Shown piece by piece: positions 48,039 through 62,028 of a stretch of DNA of 64,000 nt. The translations under genes and the position numbers were made by a program. Below the pieces are notes generated by a model. That model worked only from the letters and a program-made list of their open reading frames with translations. It was not told where the DNA came from and did no database searches. Every line of letters starts with the position of its first letter. Positions within the stretch are counted from its first letter, which is position 1. Source of the stretch: Bugula neritina (taxonomy: Eukaryota; Animalia; Bryozoa). The stretch covers positions 10,420,480 to 10,484,479 of the forward strand of contig OZ037771.1 of NCBI GenBank assembly GCA_964035545.1, written 5' to 3'.

Positions 48039-51000
48039 CTATAACATCCCAAACCCTTTAGCATGAGTTATGGCTAGAGTCAACCTCTCTTTTAGTTTCT
48101 CAAAGTTTTTATAATCCGGCAACAGCAACACATTGAAACATGTGTGTGAAGTGGGCAATCGGTCGGAGTCTGGCCCATTCCTTGCTATGACCAGCTTCAA
48201 CTTGGATAAACCACCAACAGGCACTCTATCACTTCCTACAGAGAAATATACAGCAGTCGGTATCAGACCGTGTACCAAGTATTCATTGTTAGACTGTGTA
48301 CCAAGTATTCAGTATCATACTGTGTACCAAGTATTCAGTATTAGACTGTGTACCAAGTATTCAGTATTAGACTGTGTACCAAGTACTCAGTATTAGACCA
48401 TGTACCAAGTATTCATTGTTAGACTGTGTACCAAGTACTTACCAGATACGAATTGAAGAAGTTTTCTCTGCTCTTCTACATCCATACCATGAACAACTGT
48501 CCAGAAATGTTTGATAGTCTCGCTTCCTATCTCAAACCCTCCGTCATATTCAGTAGAATCCTCCTGATAATGTAACATAACGTTGTGATAAATATGCTGT
48601 ATCATAGAATGTTATAATACTTGTACATTGCCTATACCATATTGCCTTAATCTCATAAAGAGCAATAAAATACAGAAAAAAGTAACATCAAAATAAAATG
48701 TTCTTGAAAAAAAGTAACTTGGTTTTATTTCACTGCTCAATGGTGTTGTGGGAACTACGAACTATGGAAGAGTTGAAAATTGATTGTATATATCACATGT
48801 GATGACCATACAGAGACACCGGTATCACAACCATCAGAGTAATAGCCAACACTCTGAAACTTTCTGATTGGATATAAAACCAACACGAACCAGCGCATGC
48901 AAGTCCCAGGCACTACTTCCACACACCAACTCCTCGATCTCTTCAGCAGTGAAGAGAGCTTCTATTGGACTCTCATCAGTCACCATGTGAAAACCTTTGA
49001 AGAATGCGTTGAACTGCTTCTCCACCATTTTGTTGAGCATATAATCTGCATAGAGGTGACAATATTCCTAAAATATTTCAAATCAAATGTTACTGAGTTG
49101 GTTTCTTATCGAAACTATCAGGGAGAGAAAATCAAATCAATGAGATACTAATTTTAGAATCATTTGCTAACACGTCTACAGGCAATTCATATGGAAGGCG
49201 TTTTACCACTCGATAGCATTTTACAAGGACTAACAATTCCTAATCAATGCAAGTAAGTATACATGTGTATCAATAGTTTATAATAATCCCAATAGCATGT
49301 GTCACCACAGGTAGAGAGGCTAGAGGTTTCCTAGATTTACCTCTCGATTCTCATTGGTGACAGACAACTCGGCCCCGCCTTCTTTCAAAGAATGTGATAT
49401 CACTTCCCCAAACATGTTGGTTCGACTGAGCGTGAATGTAGTCATGATATCCTCCTCCACACTCCCTTCATGTCTCATGAGCTGATTGAGTGACGAATAG
49501 AGAACCTGAAGATATGCAGATACATCAGAGTCTGCCCTGCAGTCTGAACAAATGACACTTTTCTTGTTTCTGCACTTCCAGCTACAGGGTTTGGGTTTCC
49601 GCAATACCACTTTACTAATAAATGGAGAACTAATTTACTAATAACAAACTAACAAACTAAGAACGTATATTATAATAACCCCATCACAGTGAAACACGGA
49701 GCTGATTCCACTCGAAACACATGACTTATAATGGGAACCATTTTTAATTATTTACTCTCAACGTTCTGGAAAACTAATGCTTGAATAATATCATAACTAT
49801 TATGCATGGGGATACAGAATACGTGTGTAAATTGCATACCATATTGGCACATAACACTAGACATGTGAATAACTACATTTTATGCAAATCAAAGAATAGA
49901 ATTCCTTACTGGATGAGACAACTCCATGTCATCTAAAGTTCCTAGTTTTCCCATCAATTTTCTATAAACAACCATTGGCAGATGGATGTCTAGTATAATG
50001 TTGTTGTATATGGCTAACCCCAGTAAGATACCGACTAGCGTAAACTGGGCATCATTCTCGAAAGAGTCAGGGTTAAACCAGAACTGTCTTGTTGTTTCAT
50101 CATAAGTAAACATACCTGCAGGATATAACAACTATTATATGCAAGAAGATTCATCAAGTCACCCTTCATAAATACAGGTTTAATGCGTTTGAAAAAGATT
50201 TAATCATACTTGCAGGTAAATGTAACACACAAAAAATAAACCAAGAATGTAGATTGAGGCAAGTAATGGGGAGAGCGTAGAGTAAATAAAACCATCAAAA
50301 GAAAGTTGGAAGTTAAAAGAACAAACACAAACTATTCACCAAAATCTGGATTAAATATCTCCTCTGTGATTAGTTGGAAAAACTCTTTAGACACGCCCCC
50401 TTCGTCTATTCCCTGCTCTCCGTCAAACTCAACGTATAACTGCTTCTTTAGATCTTCAGGGTTATCCATGAAGACCATTTCCAGCTATTAATGTGTCATA
50501 AGCTATACAACTGTGTGGTATACTTTGTACTGTGTGCGGCTTCATACTATCTCACAACCGCACTGTCACAGCGAATAGGCATACACACTGAAGTATGCAC
50601 GGGCACATAGCAACTCAACAAGACAGTTGAATCTCAGAAGAGTTTTAATCTCCAGAAAATACTTATTTAGCAAAATGGACAGCAAACGTTACCTGCGATG
50701 TATTCTACCTGCTATCTCCTTTACCTGCTATCCAAAACCATCAGTCAATGAGTGAGGGATACACCCAGTCTACTGACAGGATATCCCAGGGATACACCCA
50801 GTCTACTGACAGGATATCCCAGGGATACACCCAGTCTACTGACAGGATATCCCAGGGATACACCCAGTCTACTGACAGGATATCCCAGGGATACACCCAG
50901 TCTACTGACAGGATATCCCAGGGATACACCCAGTCTACTGACAGGATATCCCAGGGATATCCCCAGTCAACTGACAGGATATCCCAGGGATATCCCCAGT

Positions 51001-54000
51001 CTACTGACAGGATACCTCTAGGACACTCTGGTAGAGTAGGCTACACTGAAACCTAAACATGCAGACATATTCCATATCGTAAAGACTCACCCCGACAAGC
51101 GCATCGTCAATGATATGGTCTCTCCTGACCCGTAGCCTCAGGTACGGCATTAGCTGTCCACCGTGCATGAGGCTAGACAAGATGGCCGACCGCCGCTCAC
51201 TAATCATTCTCATCCTGTTGTCACAGTACATGGCCATGGACTTAGTGGACGTACTCAAGAGGAAAGAGTGTTCAATGAAAGTGAACTACAAGCAGTCAGT
51301 GACAACATAACAGAGTAACGCAATCAGCTGAGTAGAGCCAATGAGCAGCCGCCACTCCATTCATAGGATGACTTACTGTGCCGTTCTGAGCTTTGTAGTA
51401 CGCAAAGTCTTGATCTGTCTCTAGAGTCTCGTTTATCATTTCATTGACAAATTCTACTCGGTGTATCAAAGGCTCCCGACAGTCTAAAGCTCGTATACCA
51501 AGAACCTGGGCTAAGGGATCTTCTTTCACTTCTGCTCTCTCCTTGACTGAACTGCGTTCTGTCACACCTATGTTCATATAATCCTTATACCAGCTTTCTA
51601 TTACTGAGCCATCGCAAAACACTTGAATTGATTTACCACATATTTGATAGCCTAAACACAGGACTTATAAATAACAAGAATAATATAATATCTTACTTCG
51701 CATAAACTCTACCACACTTTTCTTCAGGTTTTCGCTGTTCTCTCTCTCCTTTGATAGAGTTTCAGAATCATCCAGCCGTCCACCAAGTAAAGAGGCATAG
51801 TATACCAGCTTCATTACCTGCAATATGATTAGCTGTTTTTATCACTTAAAGTGCATAAGTATACTTACAATACATCAGTATACTTACAGTACATCAGTAT
51901 ACTAACAGTACATCAGTGTACTTACAGTACATCAGTATACTTACAGTACATCAGTATACTTACAGTACAATAGTATACTTACAACACATCAGCATACTTA
52001 CAGTACAATAGTATACTTACAGTACATCAGTATACTTACAGTACATCAGTATACTTACAGTACAATAGTATACTTACAATACATCAGTATACTTACAGTA
52101 CATCAGTATACTTACAGTACATCAGTATACTTACAGTACATCAGTATACTTACAGTACAATAGTATACTTACAGTACATCAGTATACTTACAGTACATCA
52201 GTATATTTACAGTACATCAGTATACTTACAGTCCATCAGTATACTTAGAGTACATCAGTATACTTACAGGACATCAGTATACTTACAGTACATCAGTATA
52301 CTTACAGTACAACAGTATACTTACAGTACAACAGTATACTTACAGTACATCAGTATACTTACAGTACAATAGTATACTTACAGTACACCAGTATACTTAC
52401 AGTACAATAGTACACTTACAGTACATCAGTATACTTACAGTACAACAGTATACTTACAGTACATCAGTATACTTACAGTACAATAGTATACTTACAGTAC
52501 ATCAGTATACTTACAGTACAACAGTATACTTACAGTACATCAGTATACTTACAGTACATCAGTATACTTACAGTACAATAGTATACTTACAGTACATCAA
52601 TATATTTACAGTACATCAGTATACTTACAGTACATCAGTATACTTACAGTACATCAGTATACTTACAGTACATCAGTATACTTACAGTACATCAGTATAC
52701 TTACAGTACATCAGTATACTTACAGTACATCAGTATACTTACAGTACATCAGTATACTTACAGTACATCAGTATACTTACAGTACATCAGTATGCTTACA
52801 GTACATCAGTATACTTACAGTACAATAGTATACTTACAGTACATCAGTATACTTACAGTACATGTACAGTACAGTACACGAGGAACCAGTGAAGCTGACA
52901 AACCTTGGCTGCGCAGGCAATCTGCTCATCATAGTTGAGGACATGTTGGGAGCTCCATTTCTCAGACTGGGAGACAACTCTGATAGTGAGCAGCTGCTGG
53001 AGGGAGGTGAGCAAGGAGTGCTGATACTCCCTCCCCAAACACACAAATGTTTGTACCAGAGATTTACGACCTTGAAGGGGCAGGTGGGTCATTGCTTTAA
53101 GGAACCGAGGATATGCTTTTTCTAGAATTCAATAAAGTAAATTATAGACTCCTACAGTAGAGTAGACCGTAGCATAGAGTAGTGTAGAGAGTAGCATAGA
53201 GTAGTGTAGACAGTAGTATACAGTAGTGTAGAGAGTAGCATAGAGTAATTTAGAGAGTAGTACACAGTACATGTAGTATTAGTAGTAGTAACACTAACAG
53301 TAGTATACATGGTAGTAGTCACAGCACCTGTAGTTGTCACTATACCTGTAGTTGTCACAGTACCTGTAGTAGTCACAGTACTAGTAGTACTAGTCATAGT
53401 ACATGTAGTACTAGTCATAGTACATGTAGTAGTTACCATCATTAAACGACTCACCAATATACTCTGGACTGTCCAGACAGGGCAAGTGGAGTACAATAAG
53501 AATAACATTGAGTATTTCAGGATCTCTTTCAAATGCTGACCTGTATCGAAGATCTGTAAAAGTGAATATGCACACGCTGTATGATGGATAGTTTAGTTTA
53601 GTATATACAAACTTTGCTTTTGGCCATGTCATGCTCAACTGAAACATGTGTTTAGAGATGAAGGAGTAACATTTCACAAACTAGTTTTAACAAAGATGTC
53701 TGCTTCCATTGAAAAACCCTTCTTTGAAATGTATTTAAAAAATATCCAACTACGCTAAAAAATTTCAAATAAAACTTTTTCAATTGATGATGATTTTAAA
53801 GGAAATGAAGAAAAACTAGGTGGCATGTAAGACTATCAAAATTAAAGTCATGTAAAACCTGCATTCTATGGGACAGGAAGACATAAGTTTATTCACGTGG
53901 AGCTACTCAATGCATTCAGAGATGTTTGTCACTCTTACAGCATAAAATGTATGTTTGGTGCACATTTCTTGGTGCTTTAAGAAATATCTTGCTATAAAAA

Positions 54001-55949
54001 AACAAGAATTGAGTAGTACTTAGGTGAGTGTATTGAGTAGTACTTAAGTGTATCAAAAGCCATACCAATTAACAAGTCATCAGACAGCTGAGTCAATGCA
54101 TTAATTAAGGCGGAGTTGAAAGGAAGTTCCGGCAGAGAAAAGAGCGCAGAGTAAGTATTACGGAGAGACAGGAGGTCCAAGGTGAGTCCCGTTGTGTCGT
54201 CTGGCTCATCCAGTCTAAAGCTCTGCTTCAGCACGTCAATCTGACTATAAAACCCAAAGATAATATAGACTACTAGAGCATAGGTGGGAAATAAGTTTAA
54301 TGGAAACAAAATTGCAAAATGATATTCTAGTTTCCACGGTTTACTAACTGAAGTAAACAAACAACTCATTATTTTGAAATATTTGCAATCTTATAATTTG
54401 ATTGAAACAAAGTGAGTTTTGTTAGTATAAAATATTGCTGATATACTTCCAGTAGATGTAATGTATTTGAATAGACATACAACTAGCAATACCTAAATGT
54501 GCTGCCAATTAACTTGACCAGCTCTGCCCACTTCTGGTGTTGCTTGCAGAATTCTACAGTTTCTAATACAAGAGACTCAGTGAGTGCTGTCACGGTAAAA
54601 GGCTTAGCCGCTGTCGATAGTGCACTAACATTTGAGCTTGCAGTGTCACCAGACGCTGATGAAGTCGAAGGTTTACTCTTCAGTAACGAGTCGCTGACAG
54701 GCAGCGTATTGTCATTTGAAGGAGCGGATACTGAAGGAGCGGTATTTGACAAGGATATTTGAGCATGTTTGGCATTAGTTATTTGAGATGTTTCAACATC
54801 AGTACATTTCACAGGAACTTTCTAGAAACAATATGACTCAAATAACCCAATAGGTAAGCTTATAAATGCTAAAGCTTAGTTGTAACACATGTTTGACGCA
54901 CATGTTTGACGCTTTAAAGAGAAAGAATAGTTTTTAACTGTTATCAACAAACTTTTTCTCAGATATATTAAATTTCTATTATTCTAATGAATGAAAATCT
55001 GAAAAGGGCAGACCCAATACTGCATAACAGAAAATGTAACACATACTAGTTTATAGAAAGAGTCCACTCTATGAAGCAGTTAATCAAGTAACTGACTTGA
55101 AATGACAAATAAAACAAGGCTGGCTATGATATCTTAACCGTCTAGCTTAGCATGAATGCTCTAGGTATATTACACTTTACTAACGCTTTTCTGTCAAACT
55201 ATTATCATGCAATTTTGATCTGCTAAAGCTGAAGAAAAATAAGTAGAGATGTCAGAAGATTTACAGAGTAACATGTTTTATGATATAAAAGTCCAGACTT
55301 TACAAATATACTGAACTACCTCTTTGATGAGCCGCACTGCTTCCAGCGCAGCGTCATTAGGTGTGAGAGGCACATGTTTATAGAACCTGGCAGAAGAGGC
55401 GCAGTACATATTCAAGCAATGGGAATTGCCACACCCTTCTCTAAGAATATGAAAGTAGTGTTCTATTAGTTCTTTTGTTGTCTTTCTTCTAAACAATAAA
55501 AACAAACAACTTCTAAGAGTTCACAGAGATGGTAACATAGAGATGGTAACACAAAGGTGGTAACATAGAGATGGTAACACAAAGGTGGTAACACAGAGAT
55601 GGTAACACTGAGGTGGTAACATAGAGATGGTAACACTGAGGTGGTAACACTGAGGTGGTAACACTGAGATGGTAACACTGAGGTGGTAACATAGAGATGG
55701 TAACACTGAGGTGGTAACATAGAGATGGTAACACTGAGGTGGTAACATAGAGATGGTAACATAGAGATGGTAACACTGAGGTGGTAACATAGAGATGGTA
55801 ACACAGAGGTGGTAACAATGAGGCGGTAACACAGAGGTGGTATAAGTGAATAATTTCAAGCCAAAAAACTGAAAAGTGTCAGAACATTACTAAAGAGTGA
55901 ATACTCACTGAGCAACAGGTGCAGGTTCAACCTGATCATCCACTTCCAT
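48039..55949 (-). CDS. UBE3A: HECT E3 ubiquitin ligase E6AP, ~15 coding exons
   Basis: ATG at 55949 ([14 protein letters not shown]|[35 protein letters not shown] Zn domain); [18 protein letters not shown]; [28 protein letters not shown]; [15 protein letters not shown]; catalytic [10 protein letters not shown]; diagnostic C-terminus AKGFGML*. An acceptor 5 nt before the ATG implies an upstream non-coding exon. Confidence 0.96.
48258..48437. repeat. 26-bp minisatellite filling the last UBE3A intron
   Basis: tgtgtaccaagtattcagtattagac, about 7 copies. Confidence 0.92.
50755..51015. repeat. 33-bp minisatellite (gggatacacccagtctactgacaggatatccca)
   Basis: About 8 nearly perfect copies in a UBE3A intron. 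Confidence 0.96.
51858..52863. repeat. 19-bp minisatellite (agtatacttacagtacatc)
   Basis: About 53 copies filling the intron. Confidence 0.97.
55522..55840. repeat. 14-bp minisatellite (agagatggtaacat / tgaggtggtaacac)
   Basis: About 23 copies. Confidence 0.95.
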
Positions 55950-56739
55950 CTTGTCTACAAAACATTAAATACAACTATTCTTACAGCTTCTCAACTATAA
56001 CTAATAATGGATATAGAGCCGTATCTCATTGTATTAGAACTATTCAGCTGTATTTTATTAAATCACACTTTGTGAGCAAAAGTAATAGTGTAAGTGTACA
56101 TGTAGTCAGTTAATACGGTACTGAGTATCTAGCCCTAAGCAACATGTAAGTACTAAACCAGAAGGCCTAAGTCTAAGCAGTCTGAAATAAACTATGTTGC
56201 TTAAGCATCTGAACTGCTTAAGTGCTTAGAGTTGACAAAGTTGTATAATTCTCATCCTACATTCAGAGAATAGAAATACTACTGTTTTAGACATGAGCAA
56301 ACAATAAAGTACTTCTGCCTTTGCTAATGGAAAGTTGTTGGCTGGAATTACATGTAAATGAATTGAAAGCTATTTGTTTATTATTAAAAACAAAAAAAAC
56401 TTAATGATGGAAATTGGTATAGAGTTGAATACTTTTTAATAACGTTAGTTAGTAGTTGTAATCATAACAAATATTTGTTGTATAAGAAGTTGCCCGTCTG
56501 CAAATAATAGCAGTTATGTCTAACAAATATAATATAGTAAGCCAGTCTAAGTAAAAGTCTGCACCCTTGCATAGCATTAACTATCATAGTCATAATAATA
56601 ATGATTAAGAATAATAACTCAATAAGTATAAATGAGCAGTTCAAGCTCTGAATGGCTGTGACAATTCACTAGCCATGTAATACTAGCAAGTGGCTTCAAT
56701 TTAAAATTGACTGTTGTCTAGCAAAAGCAGATAAGTTTA

Positions 56740-57918
56740 AATGTAATTAATTAAAATTACAATTACATGAAGATTTGTCAATTACAATTATAATTACAGT
56801 TAAAAGGTAATGTAATTAATTACAATTACATGAAGATTTGTCAATTACAATTATAATTACAGTTAAAAGGTAATGTAATTAATTACAATTACATGGTAAT
56901 GTAATTAATTACAATTACAATTACTTTTGTTCTCACAAGGGATAACTAGAAGTTATTCAATGTCACTTCTAGGGTCCAACTACCAGCGGCAATGTTGACA
57001 GTGGTGAACCTCCTTTGTTCCCAATAGTGCCAAATCAACCAAATTTTAAGGGGTCCAACGCCTTTGCTTCTCAGATTTTGCTTATATTTACACATGTCCG
57101 GTGTACTATTCATAAATATTTCTGACATGACACAAAAACTTTTTGAGAAATGACATTTGTGGACAAAGTTTGGGAAAACTTTTGAGGAAAATTTGTGATT
57201 TCTACTTTTAGACCAACTTATAAATGTCTGTATCTCAAAAAATTTTTAGACTGAGCCTTAAAAATTGATGTGAGGGATATTTAAAAATTTTTCAAAATTT
57301 ACAAAAATTTGCCCATATTCAATGGTTTAGCATATATGCACACAAAGTGTTCTGTAGTATGTGTTGCTACTAGTGCAAGTTGATAGGTATTATCAAATCG
57401 CACAGCAAATTTTAAGGCTCAGTCTATGGTTGAGATATAGACATTTATAAATTGCTCTAAAAGTAGAAATCACCAATTTTCCTTGAAGTTTTTCCCAACC
57501 TTTGTCCACAAATGTAGTCATTTCTTAAAAAAAATTCTGTCAGGCCAAAAATATTTAAGAAGAGTACTTAGGACACATGTAGGTCTATTTGGTGTAAATA
57601 TGAACAAACTCTGAGACACAAAAGCACCGGCCATGTGGTGAGTTAGCATGGAATGACCCTATACTATATTGACTTAATCTGAACTTGTTATTTAACAGTA
57701 GATATGGTAGGAAAAGAATGATTTTTTCAAGATTTAAAAGTTTGAAGTAATTGACATGTAATTATAAAGTGATTGTAAAATTCAATTACGTTAGCAATGT
57801 AATTAATTACAATTACAATTACATTTTTATACATCAATTACAAATTACATTCAATTACTTGAAAAAAAGTAATTAATTACAACCAATTACAATTACAAAT
57901 TACAATTACCCCAACCCT
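56740..57918 (-). mobile_element. GTAATT-rich element copy 2 with the same nested MITE (~57028-57659)
   Basis: Reverse-complement homology to 7567-8744, including the insert junction (gaatgaccctatactatattgacttaatctgaacttg). Confidence 0.88.
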
Positions 57919-58266
57919 CAATCGCAGTGCACTATGTAGCCATAAAATAAAAACTAAGACTAAAAGTAGCTTGTAGATCAGTGCAATAACAATATCCACT
58001 ATTAACTTTAACTATTAGGCAATGCTTCTACTAATACTTGTATTACATTTTGACTTACTATTAGCATTAGTATGACTATGAATATAAATTTAAATTTAAA
58101 CAAAAAAAGTCAAAATAATATTATAACTCAAGCTAATAAATAATTATAACTAATAGTAATATTTGATATTCAGAATAACTAAATAAGTAACTTTAACCGT
58201 AATTACTATAACTATGAGTAAGTTTGTAATGACTATAATTTTCAATTTAGTAGTAGGCATAGTAAC

Positions 58267-60291
58267 CAGGGTTGGGGTAATTGTAATTTGTAATTTGTAA
58301 TTGGTTGTAATTAATTACATTTTTTCAAGTAATTGAATGTAATTTGTAATTGATATATAAAAATGTAATTGTAATTAATTACATTGCTAATGTAATTGAT
58401 TTTTACAATTACTTCATAATTACATGTCAATTACTTCAAACTTTAAAATCTTAAAAATTTCCTACTTTTTTTACCATACCTACTGTTGAATAACAAGTTC
58501 AGATTAGGTCTAGGTCAGTGGTTCCCAACCTGGGGGAAATTCCCCCTAAGAGGGAATTTGGACATTTTAGGGAAGAATTTGGATTTTGAAAAATTCACGC
58601 ACTTTGTTGAAGGCTTTTTGAGCTCTTGCCCATTACATAAGTATATATGCATATCTACAAATCTTCATCTTAGTTCATCTATTTAACCAAACCATACTCT
58701 GCAATCTCAGTTCATCTCATGCAAGTCAATTTCTATAAATTGTATACTACATACCTAGTGAATATATCCGCTACACTAAATAGTCTGAACCTAAAAATGC
58801 AGGAGTGCAATCATCATACCGTTGCTTTTCATTCGCAGCAGCAATATTTTCAAAGTTACACTAAAGTGGTGTTGTTTCTGTCAAAAACATGGTGCTTTTC
58901 CCCACACTCAATGAACTTTTATAAGAGAAGAACCTGTTCCAATTTTAGGCAAAAATGGCACAGGTAAAAATCACATACTGGTGTTAAATTTTCCCAAACC
59001 CAAAACCCCCCCCTTCTAAATGCTTAACCTCCAACTCAAATCTTCAATGCTAAAGTTGAAAATGTGCCATTTTTATCTAATTTTCCATTTGTGCCAATAA
59101 TGCTATTTTTACATGTGCCATTTTTACCGGACACCACCTGTTTTCCCTGTTCTCATCTCTGAACTGTTAATGAAGTTTTAACAGTATTTCTTTGAGTTAC
59201 CTCCCAAAAAAAAGAGCTAGATTCTTAACTTCAAATGTGACCCATTGCAATGCTTTGTTGAACAGTTTTTAGAGGAATCATAGGAGGATTTCATTGAGTT
59301 GGTTCACAATTCAGCAATGAAGGATGATTTGAAATCTGCTCCAATTGATGGATTGTGGGTGGTGTCTAGTAGAAATGGTACAGGTAATTATGGCACATAT
59401 GGAAAAGTAGGTAAAATGGGACATGTCTTCAATGTTGGGGTGGGGGTTTGGGGTTTGAAAAAAGGGTTTTGTACTTTGAGAGGTTTGTACTTGAGGTTCT
59501 AGAGTTTGGGGTTTTGAGTTAGGGGTGGGGGTTTGGGTTCAAGGGTTGGGTTGGGTTGCCATTTTTACCTAAAGTATTTCTGGGTTTCTACAAGCAAACT
59601 CTTCCCACACATAGCTGACAAAGCAGAGTTTTGGTGCCATCCAGTACCGCCTATCTGTGTGAGGTAGGATTTTCATCAATTCAAAGAGAAGAGAAACTGC
59701 CTTAACCCACAGAGTGACTTAAGATGGGCCTGGTCAAAAACAGAGTCAGACTTAAGCAAGCTGGCACAAAAGCATCAACTGAAGCCATAACATTAATAAT
59801 TGGACTGCTCTGTGTTTTATAACACAAAAAGTAATGATAATATTACTATTATGATAATTATATTATATGCAAATATAATAGAACAAAATATATTGCATTG
59901 TATCATATACTCTCATTCAGTAAGTCATAAAATCTTTTCGCTCTTTGAATGGGGGGTAATCAATAGTCAACATTTATGAAAGGGGGGAATAGTATGAAAA
60001 AGGTTGGGGACCACTGGTCTAGGTAGTAAAGTATCACTGTTAAGAACAAAAGAGGTTCACCCCTGTCAAAATTGCCCCTGGTACTTGGACACCATAAGGG
60101 AGCTTGCATAACTTCTATTTATTGCTTGTAAGAAAAAAAGTAATTGTAATTGTAATTAATTACATTGCCATGTAATTGTAATTGTAATTAATTACATTAC
60201 TTTTTATCTGTAATTATAATTGTAATTGTCAAATTTTGATGTAATTGTAGTTGTAATTAATTACATTCACATGTAATTGACCCCAACCCTA
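58267..60291 (+). mobile_element. GTAATT-rich element copy 3, carrying a hAT insertion
   Basis: cagggttggggtaattg ... taattgaccccaaccct, with the same internal sequence as copy 1 on both sides of the insert. Confidence 0.88.
58516..60016 (+). mobile_element. Internally deleted hAT-Charlie transposon
   Basis: TIRs cagtggttcccaacct / aggttggggaccactg; perfect 8-bp TSD gtctaggt (58508-58515, 60017-60024); transposase relics YLVNISATLNSLNLKMQ and STAYLCEVGFSS (hAT C-terminal dimerisation motif). Confidence 0.9.
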
Positions 60292-60312
60292 ATTAATTAG
60301 TAACTCATAAAT

Positions 60313-60813
60313 GGGTTACTGTCATTTCATATACAAGTTGTTTCGTACACCAGTCGTTTCGTATACAAAATGGTCGTTTCATACACAAACTGCTATCCAT
60401 TTTGTACACAAAATGAATAATAAATTAATCTACTGGATAACCACTTGAATTATACTAGTTTACATGTTAATTGCATCCCAGCTCTCTTTCTTCCAGAATG
60501 TTGTTGAAATAAAAAGATATATTCATTAACCAGGTGCTGCCACCTACTGATAACAATATCTAAACCAAAAGACCAGATCCCCCTTACATCTACATATCAC
60601 AATAATAAATTAGCATGTGGTAAAATGAAGTGTGCAAGTTACTTCTAAGCAGTACTGTATGAGTCATACATCAAATGATGAACAAATATCAAAAATATGT
60701 ATTTTTTAAATTTAGATTGATGTGTACAAAACAACCTATCACATGTGAACGAAACGACATAAAAAATTGAGTACAGAATGACTTGGTCTTGTGTACGAAA
60801 TGACCTGCACTCC
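60313..60813. mobile_element. Putative MITE with subterminal tttcgtacac repeats
   Basis: Left gtcatttcatatac/tttcgtacac repeats are inverted relative to right gtgtacgaaatgac. Confidence 0.6.
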
Positions 60814-62028
60814 TCATAACTGTAATACTAACACAAATAGTAATACTTATATTAAGTCTAATACTAATACTAATAGTAATAGTAACTATTGTCATCATAT
60901 TAATAATTAGAATTCTGTATAACTATAACATGAACTATAACTATAAGTATAAATTATAAGCAATCACACTGAATCTGGTAGGCAGTCACAGTGATAGTGA
61001 TACTGGGAGTAATACTCATATTTATATTGATATTCATACTCATAGTCATACTGTAAGTGTAAGTCACTAAGAGTAAGTGTATACTAATAGTAATACTAAT
61101 AGTTATAGTAATACTAATAGTAATACTAATACCAATAGTAATACAGTAACTGTAAGAAACTAAACCTTATATTTATATTCTATTTAATTTTATATCAACT
61201 TATAAGTTATAAGATTAGGTATGAGTACCAGTATGAGTATGGCTATGAACTATGATGAACTATGAGTATGATGATGAAGTATCAACTTCAAGTATGATAA
61301 TCACAATGAGTATGACAATTAGTTATTTCAATAAAAACTAAAATTTATAAATAAAATAACGCATTATTGAACAATGAATTGACTTCGGAGTGCCATGTCT
61401 TTCTATGTTGAGAGTAAAAAAGAGCCTACTATGAATTTATATTTATATTTTAGAAAATTTAATGTTTCTGACTTTACTGGTAACATAATTTGATAAAAAC
61501 AAAAGTTAAAATTGGTTTCGTTATTCGCCAACTTTGACTGCATCACTTTGAAAATGTTGGAGGATAACTCCATAAAAATACAAGACTTTGTGAAGACACA
61601 GTGTCGCTGAGGCCAGCGAATGTTATAACGCCTCTCACAACATAATAATATTATAATAAAGATATGATATCCGTTATAAATAATTACTTTATTTTGATAA
61701 ATCACACAAGTTTTTGGAAAGTTTTTTTTATGAATAAAAGCAGTCAATAATTATTTACAGCTGAATTATATCAAATTATTAACTGGAAGATATACTTTTG
61801 GTAGATAAAATATTATACCAAATCTTTCATCAAAGTATTACAAGTATTAACAGATCAAAACCATTTCAATTAGGCAACATAAACATGTGGGATTGAAATA
61901 TATATTTATCAACTACACTTGATACCTATTACTCAGCAAAATAAAAAGTGTTTCTTTTGCCAAGCTTGTTCAACAACATGAACATGTGTACTAAAAAGGT
62001 GATATGGTTAATGTTAGCAGACGAGACA

